Below are positions 57,346 to 64,000 of a stretch of 64,000 nucleotides of DNA, piece by piece; the first letter of the stretch is position 1, and each line of letters opens with the position of its first letter. Below the pieces are notes generated by a model that did no database searches, was not told where the DNA came from, and was given only the letters and a program-made list of their open reading frames with translations. The position numbers were made by a program, and so were the translations under genes. The stretch lies in IMG/VR virus record IMGVR_UViG_3300011008_000003; one strand, 5' to 3'. This DNA comes from a virus. Lineage: Duplodnaviria; Heunggongvirae; Uroviricota; Caudoviricetes.

Positions 57346-57407
57346 ATATTATTTATAAATATTGAAAAACTCCCTTTTCAGGGAGTTCTATTTTTAAATA
57401 ATTTTAA

Positions 57408-57755
57408 TTAGAGATAGCTTGCTGCTGCCTGAAGATAGCGGTCGAAATTAATATCTTCCTGGGACTTCTTCTGTTCCGGAGCAGGTGTTGCCGATGTAGC
57501 CGGACGGTCATGCTTATGTCCTGGAGCAGGAGCAGGTGCTGGCTGATTCGGACGGCTTACAGTATATCCAGCCTTCGTAGCGATTTCAAGAGCGTTCGCA
57601 ATATCGCCCGGTTCCTGGACCTTGTAACCTGCAGCCTTCGCGATATTCTTTGCAATGTCGACCTTTGAATCAGGCAAAGACACATCGTAACCGTTACGAC
57701 GCGCAATTTCCTTCGCGATCATAATATCATTAACATCTACTTTTTCATTAATCAT
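57408..57755 (-). CDS. Late protein with three AxxIAxxxGY repeats
   Basis: AKEIARRNGY / AKNIAKAAGY / ALEIATKAGY; AAGGA RBS. Confidence 0.75.
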   Translation of the reverse strand: MINEKVDVNDIMIAKEIARRNGYDVSLPDSKVDIAKNIAKAAGYKVQEPGDIANALEIATKAGYTVSRPNQPAPAPAPGHKHDRPATSATPAPEQKKSQEDINFDRYLQAAASYL

Positions 57756-57806
57756 GGTTATTTTCCTTTTCACTAGTGATTGAACTTAAATATTTATAAA
57801 AATTTT

Positions 57807-59189
57807 TTATAAAAGTTGCTCGCCATAACGTTTAGCGGCGCCAGTATTACGTTGCCAGCTAACGACGAAATCGTGTAATTCTTTACATTCCTGAGAAAAA
57901 TCAGAGTCAGGATTTGTCTTAATTTCAAGTGCTGCTGCGCCGACAGTAACAATATTATGTCCATGCATCATAACACCCTTTGGAACATCGATTGTAGTAT
58001 AGACTTCAGTAATAGTTGGTTTTTCTGGATCTACCTTATCATACGGCAATTTAACCCAATTACATTTTGCCTTATACCAAACAGTTCCGTCCGGTTCGAT
58101 ACGAGTATTCTTGTCAATTTGATTATATGGAATATTATCAGGAAAGCCAGTCTCACCACCAGCTTTTGCTAGGCTAATTGCATCAAGCAATTTATCAGCA
58201 GTCATACTAAAATATTGACAAATCGGCGCAGAACTAAAATCACCACGAATCATCTTATTCCAGCCAATAGAACCGTCAGCATTACGCGGCAAGAGATTTT
58301 CAGATAAATTAAACGCCTTATTGGCTTTATCAAGCTTATTCGGGTCAATGCACATTTTAGAAGCTTTATCGATTTCCATCGTAAGATTCTTCAATCGTAT
58401 TGCCGCACCTTCAAGTTCACCATAAGTCGATTTCTTATATTCAGCAGATACAGTATAGCCATCACCGTCTTTCTGAAGTTTCAGTTTGGCCATTGTATCT
58501 TTATAGAAATTGGATGCAGTTGCAATTTCAGAACAGGATGCATCGTCAAAAATACAGGTAAAGAAACTGAGAAGTTTTTCAAGATAATCAAGAACACCCC
58601 AGTCAATAACTGTATTTAAATATCCTTCAAGGGCGAGCTTAAGAGATTTAATTTTTCGTTCAACCCAAGATAGATATGCTTCCATTTGTTCCTTACACCA
58701 ACCAAGAAGACTCTTGATATATGAAATACCAAATTCAACGGTAAAACCTGCAGAACAAATGATTTGTTGGAATTTTAAGAAATCAGAAATAATATCACGA
58801 ATATTATTTAATAGATTTCCTTGTGCCTCGCTAAAGCATTGGTTATTCCACCATTCAGACAGTTTTCTGAATAGATATGAATTCGGATCCAATAATTCAT
58901 TAAGTAATGCCAAGCATTTCCATAATCTGTTACACCAGAATGACTTATCAGTACCAAATATCCATTCATAGAGCATATCAAATAGCTCTTTTTCGTATTG
59001 TTTTACAAGCTTTATTGTCGTATCTATTGCAATATCAATGGTATAACGGCAAATAAACATTGCAGCCTGTGCAAGTTTATCGATTGCCTTTAAAAGATTC
59101 TTAGCCATCTTGGTATAACCTTCCAAGGCGGCGCGAACTATTGCAAGTGAACCATAAAGATATGTACAAATAAGGCTTGTTACTGTCAT
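57807..59189 (-). CDS. Late helical protein (460 aa)
   Basis: TATAAATA at 59197. Confidence 0.8.
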   Translation of the reverse strand: MTVTSLICTYLYGSLAIVRAALEGYTKMAKNLLKAIDKLAQAAMFICRYTIDIAIDTTIKLVKQYEKELFDMLYEWIFGTDKSFWCNRLWKCLALLNELLDPNSYLFRKLSEWWNNQCFSEAQGNLLNNIRDIISDFLKFQQIICSAGFTVEFGISYIKSLLGWCKEQMEAYLSWVERKIKSLKLALEGYLNTVIDWGVLDYLEKLLSFFTCIFDDASCSEIATASNFYKDTMAKLKLQKDGDGYTVSAEYKKSTYGELEGAAIRLKNLTMEIDKASKMCIDPNKLDKANKAFNLSENLLPRNADGSIGWNKMIRGDFSSAPICQYFSMTADKLLDAISLAKAGGETGFPDNIPYNQIDKNTRIEPDGTVWYKAKCNWVKLPYDKVDPEKPTITEVYTTIDVPKGVMMHGHNIVTVGAAALEIKTNPDSDFSQECKELHDFVVSWQRNTGAAKRYGEQLL

Positions 59190-59542
59190 CTTACATTATT
59201 TATAGTAGACTCTAAAGGCTTGGGTTCTCTGTAATCACCTTCGAAGTAATCAAAGAATATCGTACCGTCATATCTTTCGTATTCGATTGCATATACATCT
59301 CGTTGTGATGTCGGGTAAATATTATGAATCTGAAGTTTTGCCAGACCATTAATCGAATGATGTCCATGCTTACATTCCGGATGCCAGATTAAACGATGAT
59401 GTGTCGGACAATAAGAGAGAACTACATTACAATTTAGACGGTTTCCAAGTTCTTTCGGAATAATATGATGATATTCAATTTCGTCACGGTTTGTCGTTGT
59501 ATATTGGCAACCTGGCCAATGACAAGTATATTTAATTTCCAT
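59186..59542 (-). CDS. HNH endonuclease
   Basis: CHWPGC...EYHHIIP...NVVLSYCPTHH. Confidence 0.8.
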   Translation of the reverse strand: MEIKYTCHWPGCQYTTTNRDEIEYHHIIPKELGNRLNCNVVLSYCPTHHRLIWHPECKHGHHSINGLAKLQIHNIYPTSQRDVYAIEYERYDGTIFFDYFEGDYREPKPLESTINNVR

Positions 59543-59558
59543 GCATTATATATGAAAG

Positions 59559-59583
59559 AAACCGACCAAAATGGTCGGTTCTT
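59559..59583. terminator. Intrinsic terminator
   Basis: AACCGACCA-AAA-TGGTCGGTT flanked by A/T. Confidence 0.7.
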
Positions 59584-59603
59584 TAATCTTTAATTATTGT
59601 TGA

Positions 59604-60722
59604 TTAGACTTCTTCGCCAGCTTCACCCTTGTCAACCATAACTTCGATACCGATGTTCTTGATGGATTCAATAGCATCAGCGATCTTGTTCGGAGTACCG
59701 GTGAGAATGTAGCTCAAGTTGTCGCCTTCAGTGAAGGTAATATCCTTCTTCTTAGAAAGAACGTAGTCAGCAACGTCTGCGTAGTCGTCTTCAGAACCGT
59801 CGATATAAATCGTGGTAGAAGTCTTGGTAGAGACCGGACGACGTTCGCGTTCCTGCTTGCTAACAGACCAGCCACGGCGTTCAGCATTGCTAAGAATACC
59901 AGCAGCCTTGGTCGGAGTAGCAGAGAAGGTAACAGTGCCATCTTCGTTTTCAGTATACGGAATATTAGCGAGCTGGAGGTAACGGGTGATAGAAGTAACC
60001 GGCTTGCCGTTCGGGTCAACAACATAAGTGTCAGAGTTACGAGAACCACGAGAACCAGCAGTCAAACCGTTGATAGCGGAATCGAGAGCAGCGAGTTCAG
60101 TTTCGTAAGCTTCAGCACCGTCCATTTGCATGATAGTAGCGAGCTTATCCTTCATGGAAGCGATAGCACGTTCACCACCACCAGAACGACGAGAATTCTT
60201 AAGGCAATGGATTGCACGCTTGATGTCACCCTGAGCGACGGCAGTATTGAAATCGAGACCGTCCTTAGCACCGTGAGTACCAGCAGCAGCCTTGATCAAG
60301 GTAAGGTCGTCGTTTTCGACTGCATCGTAGTAACGCATCATGAGGTTGTAAGCTTCCTTATTATCAGGATCTTCATTACCTTCGTCTTCAATCAAGCTCT
60401 TGAGCTCTTCGAAGTCTTCAAAATATTCGGTAGTCTTACCCGGCTTGTCAGCGATGCTGGAGCTGGTCCTCTTACCGTTCTTATAGTTAGACTGGGCAGA
60501 GTCAATAGAGTCGATGTCCTTGATGACCTTCAATGCGATAGAGTCTTCGTCGCCGTATTTCTTACGGAAACCAGCAGCACGACCCATTTCGTTAAGCATG
60601 AGTTTTCCCGGAATACGAGCCATAACGGATTCGCAAATACGGTCGAACTTAGCCCATGCCGGATCTTCAGCGACAGTATAACCGACTGACTGAAGAAGTT
60701 TAGTAGCTTCAAATAGATTCAT
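59604..60722 (-). CDS. Late protein, candidate internal head protein
   Basis: TATAAATA + AGGAG; MNLFEATKLL..GY leader with ICE/LNE sites. Confidence 0.65.
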   Translation of the reverse strand: MNLFEATKLLQSVGYTVAEDPAWAKFDRICESVMARIPGKLMLNEMGRAAGFRKKYGDEDSIALKVIKDIDSIDSAQSNYKNGKRTSSSIADKPGKTTEYFEDFEELKSLIEDEGNEDPDNKEAYNLMMRYYDAVENDDLTLIKAAAGTHGAKDGLDFNTAVAQGDIKRAIHCLKNSRRSGGGERAIASMKDKLATIMQMDGAEAYETELAALDSAINGLTAGSRGSRNSDTYVVDPNGKPVTSITRYLQLANIPYTENEDGTVTFSATPTKAAGILSNAERRGWSVSKQERERRPVSTKTSTTIYIDGSEDDYADVADYVLSKKKDITFTEGDNLSYILTGTPNKIADAIESIKNIGIEVMVDKGEAGEEV

Positions 60723-60830
60723 TTGTAATTCTCCTATAATTTCTATTTTATATTTTATTTATAATTGTTTGATAATAAAGTTTGATTTTTCTAAATTATT
60801 TATAAATAATAAAAGAATTAGGAGATTTTT

Positions 60831-62147
60831 ATGCGTTTAAATGAATCAGAAAATGCAGAAGTAGTGGATATTAGTGAAATTCCACTTGATTATGACGCCA
60901 TTCAGTATGACGTTAAGGCTACGAAACCTGAAATTACACTTTATTTCGACAAGTCTGGTACAATTTCTGATGTCGATACCATTGAAATACAGGTTTTGGC
61001 ATCATCAGCACTTCCGAAAAAAGTCTATATCGGTGTCGAATACGACCCGGTAGAATATGATACCAAGTTTTCGCTTGATAGCCTTACAGACGATGTTTAT
61101 GAAGTTGAAGAAACAGATTCTGGATATTCTTTAACGACTGACAACCTTGACGGTCTTGTTGACCTCGGTTTCTCGGCTACTTTCGAACGCGGAATTATTT
61201 GGCCGTTCGATAATTCGAGTGTCCATGACCAGCTTAATAAGGCTCTTGGTCGTATCAAGTCTTTCGAAGGTAAGATTATCTATTATGTTACCGGTCAAAT
61301 TCCTGGTGCAATCCAAAAGAAGAATCCTATTCCTGGTATTGAACTTACCGACGGATTTAAGGCTGCACAGAAAGAATGGCTCAAGGATGCTAGTGCTAAG
61401 CAGGAAGTTCGCCGTGTCCGTCAGGGACGTAACGATTTCGAAATGCTTATCGATGCTATCAAGCAATATCCGAATGTTGAAAAAGTTCAGATGATTAACA
61501 AGAAAGCGGGTCGTGACTATACTAAGGAAGTCATGATTATCGCAACGGTCAATAAATGGAATGCCCGTCAGAAGAAGCGTGTTCCGGAACGTACAATTAT
61601 GATTCTTCGTAGTAATGACGCCGGTACGCACTTGTATGCCTATAACAAGGCTCAGGCATTTAACGGCTATGAAGCTCGTTCTTGGGAACTTATGAACAAG
61701 TGGCTTAAGAATGCTCTCCAGATTGCTTACGCTAAGGATGAAACCGAAGTCAATGACGACTGGGGCAAGGATATTGATTCTGCCGAAGCTGCATCTCTCG
61801 GTATTGAAGAATCAACAAAAAATAGGAAAAAGGGTATGAATCTTTACGAAGCAACAAATATTCTCAAGAAACAAGGACTGAAACTAAGAAAACTTAATGA
61901 AGTAAGTGATTCTGTAACTATTAAGTTTTCTGTGTTTTTAAAGGGTGAAGACTTTAAGGATGAACGTGTTGAATGTACTATTCGTCGTCCATATGAAGAA
62001 GCCAGCAAGATTGCATGGAATGGTGAAAACTATGACGATGATGCAAATGAACGCTTCTGCTACAAGGTTCCGGATATAGTATATAATCTTACTGGTGAAC
62101 ACTGTAGCCGTAACTGGTGTTTCGACGACGGTCCTGAAATTCAGTAA
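60831..62147 (+). CDS. Late protein, candidate internal head protein (possible two-gene fusion)
   Basis: TATAAATA + AGGAG; MRLNES start; internal MNLYEATNIL at 61836. Confidence 0.65.
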   Translation: MRLNESENAEVVDISEIPLDYDAIQYDVKATKPEITLYFDKSGTISDVDTIEIQVLASSALPKKVYIGVEYDPVEYDTKFSLDSLTDDVYEVEETDSGYSLTTDNLDGLVDLGFSATFERGIIWPFDNSSVHDQLNKALGRIKSFEGKIIYYVTGQIPGAIQKKNPIPGIELTDGFKAAQKEWLKDASAKQEVRRVRQGRNDFEMLIDAIKQYPNVEKVQMINKKAGRDYTKEVMIIATVNKWNARQKKRVPERTIMILRSNDAGTHLYAYNKAQAFNGYEARSWELMNKWLKNALQIAYAKDETEVNDDWGKDIDSAEAASLGIEESTKNRKKGMNLYEATNILKKQGLKLRKLNEVSDSVTIKFSVFLKGEDFKDERVECTIRRPYEEASKIAWNGENYDDDANERFCYKVPDIVYNLTGEHCSRNWCFDDGPEIQ

Positions 62148-62164
62148 TAATAATTAAAAATTAA

Positions 62165-62191
62165 AAAACCGGTCAAATGACCGGTTTCTTT
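62165..62191. terminator. Bidirectional terminator
   Basis: AAACCGGTCA-AA-TGACCGGTTT between convergent genes. Confidence 0.8.
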
Positions 62192-63207
62192 TATATCAGG
62201 AACTCATCCATCGGGTTTTCTTCAAGTACAAGATGTTGATTAGATTTTAACCAACCAGAAATCTTATACATTGACTCGAATAGGGCACAGAAAGATTTTC
62301 GGAACATTGTCTCATAATCGACAGTAAACATTTCGTTAAATTCTTTCGGCCAAGTTTCAAGGAATGCGACAAAGTTGACAGGCTGAAGACCAGGCTTGCC
62401 GACTTCTTTATACTTAAACTCGTTATTAGGCAATACGTAAATATATTTCATCTTCGTATTGTTACTAATTGGAGTAAGCTTAAGTCGTTTCTTGGCAAGA
62501 ATATAGTTATAAGTTAATGCAGCCTTTGCACCGAAAATAACAGCCGTATTCTCACCCTTATCAAATTCAAGACCATTCTTAAGATAATAGTCGATGTCAT
62601 TCGGGATATATTTCTTATAATTTGTAATACCGATAACTGCTGAAATTTCATCAATCGGTGTTCGGCAATACTGTTCATATATCTTGATAATTTCCTTATC
62701 GCAATAGTCTTTCTTTGCACCTGCACAAATTTCGAAAGCAAGCTTTTCAGCAGCGACTTTACAGAAGTCAGGCATCGTAGACTTCTTAATAGGCACGCCC
62801 ATGATTTTGTGCTTCGGCTTGTCGAACGGGTACTTATGACCTTCCTTATCGATAATATTTCCGATATAAAGCTTTCGAGCGAAGCAGAACATATTTTTAA
62901 ATATGTTTTCACGGTTGAACTTAATCTTGTTTGTCGTCTTGGTTTTCTGAGCACGAATCTGAAGAATTTTATCAAAAAATCTCTGGAATAAGTCTTCGCA
63001 CTTCTTATAGAAATCTCGATATTCTTCTTCGGTTTCAATCTTAATGCCAGCCTTTATAAGACGGTGCTTAAGTTCGACCAATGAAAAGTAAACTGAGTCA
63101 GTATCATTATGGACTGCACAAACGTCTCGTCCAACAACAGTCAACGGTTCTTTGTTTACTATTTCGAATTTTTCTTCTTTTACATCATCAACTTTTACAA
63201 ATTTCAT
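62191..63207 (-). CDS. DNA polymerase B (gp43-like), C-terminal subunit: motif C, palm and thumb
   Basis: HNDTDSVYF, RKLY, KIMGVPIKKS; own GGAG RBS. Confidence 0.9.
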   Translation of the reverse strand: MKFVKVDDVKEEKFEIVNKEPLTVVGRDVCAVHNDTDSVYFSLVELKHRLIKAGIKIETEEEYRDFYKKCEDLFQRFFDKILQIRAQKTKTTNKIKFNRENIFKNMFCFARKLYIGNIIDKEGHKYPFDKPKHKIMGVPIKKSTMPDFCKVAAEKLAFEICAGAKKDYCDKEIIKIYEQYCRTPIDEISAVIGITNYKKYIPNDIDYYLKNGLEFDKGENTAVIFGAKAALTYNYILAKKRLKLTPISNNTKMKYIYVLPNNEFKYKEVGKPGLQPVNFVAFLETWPKEFNEMFTVDYETMFRKSFCALFESMYKISGWLKSNQHLVLEENPMDEFLI

Positions 63208-64000
63208 CTTCTACTCCAAGCAAATCTGTTTCCTTATTGAATTCATATGCTCTGATAGTCATTTCTTTTCCATTACGCATAACCGTAATCTTGTCATAAT
63301 AGAAGAAAGTATGTTCCTTTCCACCAGCAGACAGAGTGACCTTATAATATTCCTTTTCTACGTCCTTAATAATAGCCTTAGAGACGTAATATTCATTGAG
63401 GTATCTAGTTAACCAGTCACGAAGAGTAACGCGTGCAGAGCGGCATATAACGCGAGCACAGTCAGGGTCATAGAGATGGAAGCCAGTTGCAAGACTTACA
63501 CCGTAAACAGAGTTAATAATAATCTTCTTAACACCTTGACGGTTGTCATACAGGTTTGCGAGTTCTGTATTTCCTGCATTTTCTGCTTCTTCCTGCAAGT
63601 CCTTATAATGCCTACGTTCATCAAACACTTTCTTAACGACATTCGGAAGGATTGCATCGTCGGTTCTTAAGAATCCTACTTCGTTAACGTCCGTAAGAAT
63701 AACCTTTCCGGATTCAACATCTTCCTTGCGAGGATGAATGACCTTACATTCTGGTGAGATATTAAACTGCATAATATGGTGCGGATATGAAGACGTAATA
63801 TCGAAAGACATATCGTCGTCATGTCGGCCAGGGTAGTCATAGCAATAACCTGCCTTAACCTGGAATTCCGGGAACGGATGAGGCCATTTCTTGAATTCCT
63901 TATAAGCAGCCTTGAACATATCCATCGATGTCTTCTGAACGCCTTTGATTTTCTTCGGCTTCCAGAGCTTTACAATTTCATCATTGAATGCAGTAAAATC
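63188..64000 (-). CDS. DNA polymerase B (gp43-like), N-terminal subunit, running off window edge
   Basis: Motif A SFDITSSYP, motif B KKIIINSVYG; frame open to 64000. Confidence 0.9.
   Translation of the reverse strand, partial: DFTAFNDEIVKLWKPKKIKGVQKTSMDMFKAAYKEFKKWPHPFPEFQVKAGYCYDYPGRHDDDMSFDITSSYPHHIMQFNISPECKVIHPRKEDVESGKVILTDVNEVGFLRTDDAILPNVVKKVFDERRHYKDLQEEAENAGNTELANLYDNRQGVKKIIINSVYGVSLATGFHLYDPDCARVICRSARVTLRDWLTRYLNEYYVSKAIIKDVEKEYYKVTLSAGGKEHTFFYYDKITVMRNGKEMTIRAYEFNKETDLLGVEDEICKS

Larger units (their letters stand above)
26220..60808. promoter_or_regulatory. T4-type late promoters TATAAATA
   Basis: + strand at 26220, 40822, 60801 (CATAAATA variant at 34975). - strand (TATTTATA) at 36337, 55631, 56423, 57350, 57791, 59197, 60756. 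Each lies directly upstream of a gene lacking a Pe cassette. Identical to the T4 gp55 late consensus. Confidence 0.85.

Noticed and set aside
63100-63360. Functional trans-splicing intein in PolB
   Set aside because: No Cys/Ser block A, no block-B His, and the +1 residue is Asp; retained only as a degenerate remnant hypothesis.
1-64000. Stop-codon reassignment as in some gut megaphages
   Set aside because: TAA, TAG and TGA all end genes cleanly before terminators, promoters or coupled starts, and coding density is high under code 11.

Overview
The window looks like part of a large lytic, T4-like (gp55-type late promoter, family-B DNA polymerase) phage genome in the standard genetic code. It has four zones. 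(1) 1-46.0 kb: an array of ~95 mostly short genes, nearly all with their own copy of one sigma70-type promoter cassette ('Pe': CYG-N24-TTKACR-N17-TATATT, usually followed by the RBS AAGAGGT; ~80 copies by eye). This zone also holds a MoxR-type AAA ATPase and vWA partner, two tRNAs, a probable small RNA, several repeated RNA/DNA elements and a few late genes. (2) 46.0-46.5 kb: a non-coding GC-rich, palindromic junction. (3) 46.5-54.6 kb: an AT-rich island of 20 tightly overlapped, highly diverged small genes. (4) 54.7-64 kb: late genes with TATAAATA promoters, an HNH endonuclease and a split DNA polymerase B. The most striking unexplained signal is a shared C-terminal helix ('CT-tag', N-x5-[AILTV]-[LIM]-[EDN]-x-L-x0-4-stop) on ~35 proteins from several apparently unrelated families, including all 20 island genes. 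Other notable signals are split-intein-like tails at the PolB split point, 3'-UTR hairpins displaying anti-Shine-Dalgarno sequences, and a five-copy ~100-bp dispersed element. All alignments and counts were made by eye and no database was searched. Start codons were corrected to the RBS- or promoter-supported ATG where the ORF track ran into promoter DNA.
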